Positions 38,701 through 52,007 of a stretch of 64,000 nt of DNA are shown here, piece after piece. The first letter of the stretch is position 1. Every line of letters starts with the position of its first letter. Both the position numbers and the translations under genes were made by a program. Source of the stretch: Daphnia carinata (taxonomy: Eukaryota); the NCBI RefSeq assembly GCF_022539665.2, contig NC_081333.1, positions 8,742,001 to 8,806,000 of the forward strand, read 5' to 3'. The notes beneath the pieces are model-generated. The model was given only the letters and a program-made list of their open reading frames with translations, had not been told where the DNA came from and ran no database searches.

Positions 38701-41700
38701 TATGCATGATTTTTTTCTCTCTCTCTCTCTCTCGTTTTTACTAATTGCTCGTTAAGACACACGCTTGCGTGGCACTCTCTACTCTCAAATGCGATTTTTT
38801 GTTAATTATTTTTTTTTTTTTGTGTTTTCTCTTGAGCTGGATATTTTGCGATTTTGTAGTCTCTAATATTTCCTTGTCCAACGGTTCAAGCCTGCAACAA
38901 ATTGATGCAAGAACTTCTAAAACGGCTTCATAAAAATTGTAACAATTTCTTTTTTTTTTTTTGCTGCCCTCTTTTATGTGCTTCTGGTTTCCCCCTCCCC
39001 CCAATTTTAATGTGTGTCTTATCGAACAAAAATGTGTTTGTGCTAATTGCTGATTGGACCCATCGAAAAATAATTAACCCCCCCCAATTTCCAATTGTGC
39101 TCTACATAATCAAACCTTTCAAATGGACAACGTACGAAAGGAAACCAGGTTGAAACACAAAGTGTCACTTAACTATGTACCAATTGCCGGACATTTCCGT
39201 TACGATCCTTTTTTTTTTATACAACACACCATTTCTCGTCCGGCAATCTCACACACTACCCCCAATTGTTGTTGTTGTTGTTGCTGTCTAGCGATATACT
39301 TTTAATTGAAACCGGAATGTGTACCTTCGGGCAAGCGTTGTGTGATACGTGAACCGTAGGCCGGCTCATCGACGACTTGGCTTTCACCGTAGTATTCCGG
39401 TTGGGCAGGGACTGGCACCGGGTCCGGCACGGCGACAACGTCTGGGTAGTCGTTGGGAGTCGTCTCCTGTCTGAAGTCAACGTCTATGGAGTCGTCCGTC
39501 TCACTGCGTGAAACATACACACACATAGACAACAGTACATGCCAGTTTTGTTTTTTTTTTCAGTCAGTTTGTTTTGTAGTCAGTCAAAAAAAAATAATAA
39601 TGTCATCATGCAAATTGTAAGCTACGGATAGAGGAAATAAGAAAGGAGTCGTAAACACACCATAGGAATCAAACGGGTTCAATCATTATGAAACCAGGAA
39701 GAAAAGGAGAAGTCGTCGTGATGTCGAAACAAAAAAGAGCATCGTCATGGAACACGAAAATGATGAGTTTTGAAAAAGAAAAATGGACAGCAGAAAAGAG
39801 AAGGAGATTTGTGTGAAAGAGAAAAGAAGAACGTCCGAAAAAAAAGCAGGTCAGTCAGTGCGCGTTTTCGTGCAACGGAAGGGGGGGGGGGTGCAAAGTC
39901 AGTCAGGTAAGAGGTTGTATCGATGATGCCGCGGGACCCGACGATGGCCAGACAAGCAAACGGCTTGTTTTGAACGTCGAGCCGGTTGTGCTGGAACATT
40001 TTTTTTTTTTAATTTTTTTTAAAACCCGACAAACGCAACTATAGGATGATGCATACAGTTGGTTGAAGAATGCCATTGTAGTTTTGTTTTATATTTTGTT
40101 CTCTTTTCAAACAGACACACACACACGCACACATACATCAACAGGGTTGAGAAAGAGAGCTTTAAAAAAAAAATATAGAAGGACACTAGAGAGAATAAGA
40201 TTCTTTCATTCGTTATTTCTTTTCTTCGTTATTCAATCGTTTTTTTTTTCTTTTGTTTGCCATCGTTGGTTAAATTCTAACGCGCTTTTGTTCCTCTAGC
40301 TTTTTAGCAGTTTACTTTTTTTTTTATTCTTTTCAAAATGTTTATGTTTTTTAAATTTCTGTAGCTTCTTGTATCGACATCAAATTTTGCTATTCATTTC
40401 TCTAATAGGGTGCGGCAGATTCGCTACAAAGCGCTCGGCGTTTTTTAAACGAATGCGCGCACCCTCAAAGAGAAAATGAATAACGAAAAATGTGTAATGC
40501 ATATTTAAAAAAAAAAAGGGAAAACAAATTTGAAATGCTGCAAAAAATTTTGAATATAAAAAGAAAAAGAAATTTATGAATGGCTGTTGTCCAGCAAAAA
40601 TGAAATAAAGATGAAAGAACAAATGTCGAAGAAAATAACTGTAAAATAATAATAATAAAAAAAAATGTGGGTTTTGGTTTCGGTTGAGAGAGGTGGGTTT
40701 GCTATTCGCTAGCGATAATAAAAGAAAAAAAAAAGAATTTCAAAAGTCGCAGACGAGGAATGAAAGCAAAAAAAAAAAAATTTGCAAGAAACAGCATTTA
40801 AAAAAAATGGAAAATCATTTGTATGAAATTTTAAAAAAACTCTTCGCCATTCTTATATATAATAATAGAACTCTTTAATCGCTCATCTTGTTTTCTTCGA
40901 CAGAAGCAAAAAGAACATTTTTGCCGCGTCGTCTCTCGCAATTCAAATCTAACCGCACTCTCTCGTGAAATTCCATCTCGATCTCAATTGTAATCAAGAC
41001 CAACACGGTGGAGCGAAAGAGTCCTACCATATATATATAATATATATTTATAGATATTGTCACTGAACAAGGAATTAAAAAAAAAAAAAAAAATAGAGAG
41101 GAGAATGATGCAGAATAAGTGAGCAAATGGTATTAAAAAAAAAAGAGGCGTCCTACAGGTGCGCCGGCTTGCTGGCTTTTTTAATTAACTGACGGTGCTG
41201 GAAAGTAATTGTCAAAAACAGAGGTGGTGCGAAAACGGAGACGAGCGGACCGAATGGAAAAAGGAGTGCGACAGAGAAAGAGAAGTCGTTGATTCGAGAA
41301 AGTAGGACAGAGAAGTAGAAGAATCGGTTATCTTGTCATCATCATCATCATCATCATCAAAGGAAATCATCGGAAGAACGAATTGTGCAACTGACGCAAA
41401 ACGGTTATGGGAGCAAGGGATAAGGTATATGTATATACGATAGTAAACAAGCATTTTGGTTCGTTTAATGACGTGTGTGGGGAGGGGGTATAATAAAGAG
41501 GGAGAACTTGAGCATCAAAAATCGGATTGGATTTCGACCTTGTAATTGATGGTCTCTTTTTGTTTTTCTATATGAGACGTGACGGAGAAGGAAGTTTCAA
41601 CGATAAACCAGTCACCGAGTTTTCCTTCTTCTTCACATCAGCCTCTTCTATTTTGAATTGTCCAATCCGATTTTTTCTTATCGTCTTCAAATGATACCTT

Positions 41701-44700
41701 TATCATCTTTTTTTGTTTTTTTTTAAATTGTCTAATCATTCTTTTCGTCTTGTTCTTTTCATTCGTTCTTGGGATTTCATCCATTTCTCTGTGTGTGTGT
41801 GTGTTTTTCTCGTTTCCACACCGACGATAAAAATTGTTAAAGGAAGGACTACTATGCTTTTCTCTTGGGCAAGGTAGGTTATGAAAATGTAACACATTTT
41901 TTTTGTTTTGATAAAGAAAACACAATAAAGGATGAAAAAAAAAAAAAAGGGTGAATCAAATGGCCGCGTTGCGGTGATTGTTCAAACAAACAAAAAAAAA
42001 AAAGAAATCAGAAGAAAGAGCGTTTTCTTTTTTGAACTTACGCTGACGGCGGTAGGTATTCGACGGCCGGTGCGGACACCACCTGTTGGGCGGGTGCGCT
42101 AAAGAAGACGGCCACTTGCTGAGGTGCTTCCTCAACGGGAGCTTCGTAGGCCTGGACGGACTCGTACTGTTCGGGCACGGTGGCTGGCACTTCGACTGGA
42201 GCAACGACTGGCTCCTGAACTGCCTCCGGCACGCTGAAAGAGGAGTAGGTGTAAGTCTCCGGTGCGGCCGTCACGACGGCAGGCTCATCAACAGGTAGAG
42301 GAATGAATGGCGCCGACGTGCTCTCCGGTTGAGACAGCAAAAGGTAATCTTCATCCTGGGCAGCGGGCACTTCTACGGCTGGAACGGCCACCGGTTCAGC
42401 TGGAATGAAATAAGCCTGCACGGGTTCTTGAACGATTTCGGGCGTGGCAGGTTGAGGTGCTTCTTCGGCCGGTGCCCAGGTGGGAGAGGCTGAAACCAGG
42501 TCGTTGTACGATTCAGCGGAAGGAGCCGAGGACTCGTCGGAATCAACGGATGGCTGGCTAATGGCGATCGATTCTTCGACAGGTGAATCGTACGAAGCCG
42601 GGGCCGTGTATTCAACAGCGATGGGGGCCGAGTAGGACACGGCTACTGGAGCCGGCGGGGTGTATTCGGGTGCAGCGGGAGCTTCGTATTCGTCAGCAGC
42701 GGCCACTTTGTATTCAGGAGCGATGTACTCAGGGATAACGGGAGCGCTTTCGGGAGCTGACGGCGTGTATTCGGGAGTGCGAGGAGCATATTCGGGAGCT
42801 GCAGCTGGGGCTGGTTCAGGAGCCGAAGGAGCGGAGCGGACATCTTCAGGGCGAACGCCATAGACGGGGGTTCCACCGAGTGGTACCCATGGGTTCGTGG
42901 CGCATGATTCGCAGTTCTCGTGAGATGGGGCAACGGGGACGACAGAGTAGCTGGAAGCGCCAGGAGCGGGATACTGGGCTGCAGCCGGAGCTGGAACGTA
43001 GACAGGATCTGAAGCAGGAGCAGCGGAGTAGACCTGATCAGGGATTGCGGCAGGGGCAGGAGCCGGTGCGGCAGAGTAAGATGGCACGGCCGGAGCGGCA
43101 GCTGCTTCGTACGGGGCAGGGGCATCGTAAGACTGTTGAGGAGCGTACGCGGGCTCGGCAGCTGGCGCAGGAGCATAAGATTGTTGAGGAGCAGGGGCAG
43201 GGTAAGAAGGCTGAGGAGCAGGGGCAGGGTAGGAAGGCTGAGGAGCCGGGGCAGCATAAGAAGGCTGAGGAGCAGCATACGAAGGCTCTGGAGCGTACGA
43301 TGGTTGAGGAGCAGCCGGTGCGTAAGATTGTTCAGGAGCGTAAGACGGTTGGGGAGCAGCCGGTGCGTAAGATGGTTCAGGGGCGTAAGACGGTTGGGGA
43401 GCAGCCGGTGCGTAAGATGGTTCAGGGGCGTAAGACGGTTGGGGAGCAGCTGGAGCGTAAGATGGTTCAGGAGCGTAAGACGGTTGAGGAGCCGCTGGAG
43501 CGTATGATGGCTGAGGAGGAGCATAAGATGGCTGAGGGGCAGCTGGGGCATAAGACGGCTGTGGGGCGTACGATGGTTGGGGAGCGTAAGATTGTTGTGG
43601 CTGAGGAGCGTAAGATTGCTGGGGCTGATGAGAGTAGGCCGGGGCAGGCGTGTAGACCAGAGTGATCGGGTAGGGTTGCGGCTGTTCCTCGTAACCGTAG
43701 CTGGGGTAGGGTGGGTCCAAAACTTCGTATTGGTTACCCTTGCTCTTGCTGGGGAACTTGATCTTGGGCAACTTGATCTTGGGCAACTTGAATTTGGATT
43801 TGCTGGGTCCGTAGGTGGACTTGGGTGCCTTGGGCAACTTGGGGGATCCGTAAGAGGATTTGGGTGCCTTAGGAGCCTTGGGTGCGCCATAAGTTCCCTT
43901 GGGTTTCTTGGGTGCCTTTGGAGCTTTCGGCGCGCCATACTGTCCTTTGGGTGCCTTGGGAGCCTTAGCTTTAGGTGCGCCGTACTGTCCTTTGGGTGCC
44001 TTAGGGGCCTTTGGTTTAGCCGGAGCGCCGTAAGATGCTTTGGGGGCCTTGGCTGGAGCGCCGTACTGTCCTTTGGGTGCCTTGGGAGCCTTAGCTTTAG
44101 CCGGAGCGCCATAAGTTGCTTTGGGAGCCTTGGCCGGAGCGCCGTACGAAGAGGCTGGAGCCGGATGGTAAGACGGTTGAGGAGCGTACGTTTGAGGAGC
44201 GTAAGACTGTTGTGGCTGAGGAGCGTACGATGGCTGGGCAGCGTAGGAAGGCTCGGCCGGGTAGGCTGGGGCAGCAGCGTAGGTCGGCTCGGGAGCGTAA
44301 GATGGAGCGGGAGCCGGAGCGTAGTTGGGTTGAGCGTCATAAACCGGGGCAGGGGCCGGGGCGTATGCTGGTTGAGCGTCATAAACCGGGGCAGGGGCAG
44401 AAGCGTAAGATGGCTCGGGAGCGTAAGCTGGAGCTGGGGCGTACGATGGCTCAGGAGCGTAAGCCGGAGCTTGAGCGTAAGACGGGGCTGGGGCTGGAGC
44501 GTATGATGGCTCAGGGGCGTACACCGGTGCGGGAGCTGGTGCGTAAGATGGCTCGGGAACGTAAGGAGCCGGAGCTGGTGGTGCGTACGATGGTTCGGGA
44601 ACGTAAGGAGCGGGGGCTGGCGCGTAAGATGGTTCGGGAGCGTAAGGTGCTGGAGCTGGAGCGTAAGCCGGAGCTGGAGCGTACGACGGCTCAGGTGCGT

Positions 44701-47700
44701 AAGACGGAGCTGGGGCCTGGGCGTACGATGGCTCTGGAGCGTAAGCGGGAGCCGGAGCCGATGCGTAAACAGGTTCAGGATTGTAGATGGGAGCCGGTGC
44801 TGCGTCATAAACAGGGGCAGGAGCAGGATAAGCCGGCTGAGGAGCAGCGTAAGTCGGTTGAGGAGCGGCGTACGATGGCTGAGGAGCAGCGTAAGCTGGT
44901 TGAGGAGCGGCGTAAGTCGGTTGAGGAGCAGCGTAGGCCGGCTGAGGAGCGTGATAGATGGGCTGCGGTGCTGGCGCGTGGTAAGTAGGCTGAGGGGCTG
45001 CTCCGTAAGCAGGGGCTAAAGGAGCTCCATAAGAAGACTTGGGTGCCTTAGGAGCCTTAGCCTTGGGTGGGGCACCGTATGCGGGCCTTGGGGCTTTTGG
45101 AGCCTTTGGTGCTTTCGGTGCGCCGTAGCTAGCCTTTGGTGCCTTTGGTGCCTTTGGAGCGCCGTAAGATGCTTTGGGAGCCTTGGGTGCCTTGGGTGCG
45201 CTGTAGCCGTAACTGTTGCCTCCGGAACGAAGGTGTCCCCATGTTCTCTCTTCAGCTTGATCGGCAATGTACGGATTGGGGCCGGCAGGTTCTGGTTCAG
45301 CCCAACAGCTGACAAGGGCGGTCAACGCCAAGAGCAGCAGACAAGCGGAGAACTAAAACGAAACAAAAATGCAATCAAATGATTAATTATTTATTGATTT
45401 CAATCATCCTGTGCAATTCGCTTGTAGTTTTTATTGTGCAACCAATGCGCTATTGTAAAAAACGAATGTTCACATCGATGTGTGTCTTCCGCCGTTATCG
45501 CGGTCTACATCCGAAACCGATTGGGGTGGGAGGCAATGAATGGAAGATTCACGAGACCATTGTGCTAGTTCTTTTTTTAAGTGGCAGCACTAATCGAGTT
45601 GAATTGGGAAATAAGGCAACAAAAAACAAAAAAAAAAACTAAACAAAAATTGCCTCTTGGGCTGTTTGAAGCCGAGGCGAAAGGCAATCAGAGACGTTTG
45701 CCCTACTGTAGAGCTAATCTCTCACGAAATGATGGATGCGGGAATGAAACAAGAGCACAACACGCACACACACACAAAAAAAAAGAGAAAATGGCGAAGA
45801 GATAAGACGATTCATTCTCGTCTTTTTATTCAAAAAATTAAAAAAAAAGGAATTTTTCTGGATGGATGTGGTCGATTTCCTCTTGGCAATGGCGCCAAAC
45901 TGTGCCAGCCCATTTATCTTGAGCCTTTGACGACGAGAGCGCAAGCCAAGTGAAAAAAAAAAATAAGGTTTTTTTATTATTCCGTGTGCTCATTGACGGC
46001 CGGTGTTTTGGCCGCAAGGATCAGAAACCCAAACGAGTTGTTTGGCATTTGAAGCACGCAGCGACATCGTCCAAATAGCCATCGAATAACTTCAAAAAGC
46101 AAGTTGTGTGTATCATACCCTCCGTGTATAGTTTCTGGTTAGCGACCGGTGCGCCCCACCGGCGGGACCCCATTACGAACGAAACAGGTACTAAACTAGT
46201 CATCTATCTAGAAGAAATAGAGAGACCTTGTTCTGTGCCTGGCATAGCCAGAAAAGGAGAAGAGAAAAGAGAAATAAATAGAAAACACCCGGAAGAGAGG
46301 AAGGAGGTGCATCAGGTGGAAGGGGAATCAGGTACCTATGTAGATTGGGGACTGTGTCGGGAGAGCCTTAGCCAAAAAAAAAAGGCACAGGCCCCTTTGG
46401 TGAAAGTGGCAAGCGGGCGCCCTACATGAGAGAGAAAGACACACACACACACACACACACGATGGGAATTCATTGAAAATCTCTTCTCTCTCTTAGCGCG
46501 GGAACTGGCAAAACTCGGCATCGACGAGACATGAAACGGCCATTGCTATACCCACCTACACTCTGCTCTCTTTTTTTTTTTCACGCAATTTATGAACGTG
46601 GTGTACGAGAAGATCCCCTTAAGGCCAGGTGAAATTCAGGCAAACAAAAAAATGTTTTGTGGCTTCAAAACTGAGAGACTCGTTCATTGATTCCCGACGC
46701 TTAGCTTTTTTTCTTTTTGTCTATACCGAAGGTGCGTGAAAGTCGGATGCCTTCGAGCGGTGAGCCTTTTTGGCTGGAACAGGCAAGTTCGTAAAGACGA
46801 AAAACACTTCGACAATGGGGGTGGCAGAAAACGACAAAGAAAACGAGCCGATGTAATCAGCTTAATATTTAAGTTTTGTTGTTGTTTATCGCGTTTATGA
46901 GGGAGCGATAAGAACTAGCACTACATTGCCTACTGGCCAAAGAACGCACGCCACCCAATCTAATGGGCCAGCTTTTTTTTTTTTTTTTTATGTTGGACAT
47001 TGCGTTTACACGAGCCCCTCTGCTGTGGGGATAAAAGAAGGCTCTTGTTCGTGTCCTTATTCCTCGAACAAAAGGGCTTCCTTCTCTTCGCCGCTCGGCC
47101 ATAATAATCGAGAAGCCGCACCTCACTCCCTGTGCCACTGACCCACACACAGTGCAACTATTTCTTCCTTCTTTTCTTTTTTGATTTTCGTTTTACATTC
47201 TCTCTTTTTTTTTTTTTTTTTTTTTTGCAACTGAATTTGGATGCTCCCGGATCTCTCCAAACAGTTTCGAAATTTTCATTTTTACCTGTATCGAGCTGCT
47301 TTACGTGCTGGAAACAAGATTTCTTTCGTATATTTCGCTCTAATGCGTAGAGACAAGTTAACAGGAGGGGCCTTTTTTTTTTTATTATTTTACGTAAAGA
47401 CATTGTAGTAGATTTTTTTTTTCTTTTTACCTTTCTCTTTACGTTTCGGCTTACACACACAACACCTGTCATGGCTTTTTTTTTTTTCATTTGGAGGGGA
47501 AAAGGAACAGGTGAAAGTTTTCTCCCCATTGAACCATCGCTACGGACCATCCCCCACCATTTTCTACCCTTTATTGTATCTACCTGTTGCAGGGATAGAA
47601 GAGTGACGGTTACGAAAAGAATTTTTTCATTCAAAGTGAAAATAAGAAGAAGAAGAAAAAAAAAAGGGGGAGGGAGGCCTCGCTAAAGAAAATTACCTAG

Positions 47701-50700
47701 ACCGGTACGGTAGCTAAAGAAAGGGAAAGATGATGTACGCACTGCATGGAGTCATCACATGGAATTCGAGCCTTTTCATCTTTTGAAGATTTCAAAAAAT
47801 AAAATAGAAAAGGGAAAAAAAAAAAATAAAAGCACTTTCAAAATTTAGGGAGAAGTAAAGGTCAAAGAGGTAAGTAAAATAACAATTCATCTTAAACAAA
47901 GAGAGAAAGGCGATTCTCCATCTCCCCCTCTTCTTTCTTTTTAACTATTATTATTCTTCCGGTGCGCTAGGAGAAATAAAAATACAATTATTTTCATTAT
48001 CATTTCATTTTTTTTTTTTTACGGGTGCAAAGAGGTGAAAAAAAAAATGATAATGATAATAATAAAAATTAGAAAAATTCTAACGAACAACGTAATCACG
48101 TGATACCCGTATCGAATGCGACGGTCAAGTTCAGTGCCGCCCTTGTTTTCGGGGCCAAACCGATGCGGAAATGGCTTAAAAAAAACAAAAAAACAATTCG
48201 GGCTATACGAATGAGTAGCGGTTGTTTTCCTTTATTCGCTAAAAATGTTTTTTTTTTTAAAAAGGGGTGCAGCGATGCATAGCGATGATCCAACCCTATT
48301 CCACACACACACACACACAAAAAGACGGATAGAGGCGACAAGAAGATTGAGATGATGCGCAAAAACTATACTGCATTCTTTGACTGGCATGCAAATGAGT
48401 TAAAAACCTCACGTAGCGAAGTGGGCCACGAACTGAGAGAAGCCCCCCTTTCGTTCAACACCACCGCTATGTCTATGCCGCACTAAGCGCAATCATCGTA
48501 ATCATCATCATCGCGGCTACTACCATCATCATCATCCATGGCGAAGGGCCCTTTTTATTTTCTTTCTATATCCTTCTTTTTCTTTTCCTTGTGCACGCGG
48601 GAGCTACCACTATTACGATTATATAGCGCTATAGCAGCAAGAGAGAGAGAGAGAGAGAGAGAGAGCAAAGTGCGCGTCGGCTCGTGTGTGTCTCTCTCAA
48701 GCGCTCGTGTTAGCCCAGTCATTTCGAAAAAGAAAAGAAAAAAAGATTGAGTCTTTTCTTTTTAAATATTATTCTTCCTGACCGAGCGCAAACCTCTGGG
48801 CTGATGTCCGTCTACCTGTTCCGTTGAGCCCCCTCTCTCCTTGTATGTAGGTGTGTGACACACTTTTTAGCCTCTGCCCTCCTCTTTCCTATAGCACCGA
48901 CTGCCCACCACCTGCAGCGACTCCACCCTTCTCTCTCTTGTGATCCGCGCCCATCGCTTCCTTTTCTTCCTTCTTGTTGGAGTCTAAGGGGCTTTTTTTT
49001 TTTCTTTTTGGAAGGAAAAATTATCTTTCGTTTCTACCTGTTACACACTCACGTGTATTGGTTTCTCGTTTGGAGAAGAAATGGAGGGGGGGGATGTGGT
49101 AAAAAGGAGAAGAGAAAAGACTGGGCCATGGCTAGCGGACACTCTCTCGGATTGGGGCCACATTCTGGAAAAAAAAAAGAAATATCAAGGAGGAAGCCTC
49201 GATGGACACACCGCTGCGAGGGGAAAACTAATTATGCGATCGGACTGCCCGCTTTCTCCCGAACGAGCCAGAAAAGACTAAAGCAAAGTATTACCCACAC
49301 GGAGCTACGAGATTTTTTTTGTTCTTTTTTTTTTTTCTGTTTTCATAGATAAAAGGAAAAAATATATATATATATATAACCGCAGCCGCACATGTTTCCA
49401 TTCAACAAGATTTTCTCCATTACCATCGTGTTGGTTCTTTTTTTTTTTCTTTCACGACGGGACTACCAAACTATACTTTCTCATTCCAACACGCATGACA
49501 ATAAGCCATTTAAAACACTACATATATATAAATATATTTTTAAACACTGGTCGTTTCTTTTTCCCAATCGAAATCAGTTGAATGGAACAATGAACGCTAT
49601 CGAATTTCAGCCCCAGTGCCATGGAGAAAAACGTTTCATCAAACCATCGGGAAATGAAACCAAGAAAAATCGCAGTCAAAACATTTAAACGCTTGAATTC
49701 GTAGCCAGTCCTCTTTTTTTTTTTTTTTTTTTTTTATGTTGTTTGTTTCTCATGTTCGTCATTGTGTAAATGCTTACTATACATGTCCCGCTATGTTACA
49801 TTCATTTGAATGCCCTGCGCGCACACAGTGTGTGAATGACTCGCCCGGATGCCCGCACAAATCGCTACCTAACATCGTCGTGTGGACACACACACACACA
49901 CGCACAAAAGACAAGACAGCGTACATTTTACAACGGGTGACAATCTATCCAAGTCGAAAAAAAAAGGAACTTAATACATGGCGGTCTACTTACTTTTTTA
50001 ACTACAAGAAAATGAATATTTTTTTTACGTTGGCGCATTCCAAAAAGCTTTGTTCGTGTCCCTGTTTCAACCGTCTGCAAATCATGCATGCTATTGACAG
50101 TTTGCTCGTTTTCGTTCTTCATTTTTTTCTTTCCCACACATTTAATCGGTCTCATCATAGAAAAAAATTGACTACCCTCAACAAACACAGTGGGGGGGGA
50201 GAAGACTAGTTGTCCGTACACCTACTTTTTGTCGGTGGCCCGGTCTCTATGCATTGTGCCGTGTCCCCATTACACGGCCAGCAAATAATAATAAAAAAAA
50301 AAAAAGACGTACCTCTATTTGCTGTTCTTAAACTATGAAAGATAAAAGGAAAAAATGCCCATGTACTTAAGGTCCCAGTGTTATTTCGCTTCGTCTCAAA
50401 AAATGCTGTGACAAGCAATTGTATGAAAAGCATAAACAGAATTGACAGGTACGACCTGTTAGTTTTGAACCCCCCTCTATTTTCAGAACGGTCCATCAGA
50501 TTGAACCAGACGACCAAATAGGCAACTTGACCTAGATCGACCTTACTTGTCTATAATGCACCGGACATAAAGGGAAAAAAACGGACAAATAAAAATATAA
50601 AGAGACTTGGCGCAAAAAAAAAATCTAAAAACCCCAAACATGGAAAGAGAAAATGCATGAAAAAAAAAACTACGACCTAGATTGGCCCCCTTCTTCCTAG

Positions 50701-50952
50701 CCGGGCAATCAATCAGTTCGACCTAGATCGATCCTGCTGAAAGCGGACCCAAACTTCACCTGTTCTTTTCTTAACCCCCCCCAATACAATGTCTTTTATT
50801 GTCAAAACAATTTTTCTTAAACCCTACAATACAAAGGTAGCATCGCGAGATTCAATTCGACGGCTGGTCAATTGAAAATCGTGAACGATATCGTCCCGAA
50901 ACGAAAACCACGAGACAACATGAAGTAAGAAAAATGGATTTACCTTTGCCAT
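35787..50952 (-). CDS. Large secreted low-complexity (Pro/Ala/Tyr/Lys then Glu/Gln/Val) repeat protein, cuticle/extracellular-matrix-like, 4 exons, ~1627 aa
   Basis: Exons 50952-50944 (MAK), 45352-42042, 39503-39325 and 37171-35787 have GT-AG borders and matching phases (0, 2, 1), totalling 4884 nt. Signal peptide MAKFSACLLLLALTALVSCWA. Repeats APKAPKxxYG, APQPSY/APEPSY and QQEYVEPVQV, plus EYLPP motifs typical of arthropod cuticle-associated proteins. Confidence 0.8.
36284..36448 (-). repeat. Coding 33-bp tandem repeat x5 (QQEYVEPVQV[I/V])
   Basis: Five near-identical units GGA(C/T)AACCTGAACGGG(C/T)TCAACGTATTCCTGTT, read directly from the sequence. Confidence 0.95.
43280..43505 (-). repeat. 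Coding 45-bp tandem repeat, ~5 copies (APAAPQPSYAPEPSY)
   Basis: A repeated 15-aa unit is visible in the ORF translation and in the DNA (e.g. GCGTAAGACGGTTGGGGAGCAGCCGGTGCGTAAGATGGTTCAGG). Confidence 0.85.
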
Positions 50953-51281
50953 TGCTGCTTCGGATGATTCAACAGGTAGTTGTGATTGGCAAAATTGCCA
51001 AGTGACGATCTGTCAGCACAGATATCGGCGCAGCAAAGCAAACAGCGTAGTACAGCGGGCGGGCCGTCCTCTAGGAGACGGCTTGGTGTCCTTCGTCCAG
51101 TCGGACACTGACGGCTTTGACAGCTAAAAACGCTGCGAAAAGTGACAAAAAGTCAATCACGACTCGTCGAATCACTTGTCGGAGAAATGCGTTTTCTGTT
51201 CAAAAATGTTCTGTTTCGCTCTCTTGTTTCACTGCAGCTGGGCAAACTGTTTAGCTGGTTGAGACGAGATAGTCCGTAACA

Positions 51282-51320
51282 GAATGAAAAAGAAAACGTT
51301 CGACGTTGTTCTTTTATATA
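51282..51320 (-). promoter_or_regulatory. TATA box plus arthropod initiator of the secreted repeat-protein gene
   Basis: Minus-strand TATAAAAG starts at 51318 and TCATTC (Inr consensus TCAKTY) lies at 51287-51282, giving +1 at ~51285, about 33 nt downstream. This is ~330 nt upstream of the ATG at 50952. Confidence 0.65.
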
Positions 51321-51976
51321 TTCGGCTGAAGTCGAGTTGGAGCTTTGAAGACTGAGGAGAGCGGAAGAGACAGGAGAGGAGAACCAGTACCTGGCGAGGA
51401 CACGTGGATACAGACGCAAGTGATCGGTGCTCGATGCGTTTTATACCACTGACCTACATTCGTACCATCGACGGGCGGGAGGTTTTTGGGAGGGAAGTCT
51501 ATAACGCTATACCCTCCTCACCAAAAGAAGAAGAAGAAAAAAAACGAGGAAGGAGCCAAGGTGGGGTGGGTGGTGGGTTCTCTAAAGCTACGGCTTACAC
51601 ATCAAAAGGTATAACGATGGCAAAGCTATGTAGCAAGTTTTGCTTTTTGCCTAGTAGGCAATAGTGTGCCGGGCAAGGTGGTGGGATGGCCAGACTGGGT
51701 GGGTTAGCCCATGTTTCCAAACGCAAAAAAAGGGAGAAGACGGAGAAAGAGAGAGGGCAGGGAGAGCTTGTCGAAAGAGAGAGAGAAAGAAAAAGAAAAA
51801 AAAAACCTGTCGACAGTCGAAGGGGTCCTACATAAGACGTGAGCGCGGCAGGTGAAAATAGGAAGAGGAAGAAAAAGGGAGAAAAGAAAAAAAAAAGGAG
51901 GAGTTAGAAATGAAAAAAAAAAAAAAAAAAAAAAAAAAAGAAAGAATATTTTGCTCTTTCTATACTCACTTCTCTC

Positions 51977-52007
<31 letters not shown>

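Noticed and set aside
42643..44988. Long alternative-frame and antisense ORFs (721, 309, 290 and 261 aa) over the repeat exon
   Set aside because: Shadows of a GC-rich, low-complexity repeat CDS that lacks stops in other frames. No independent coding signal.
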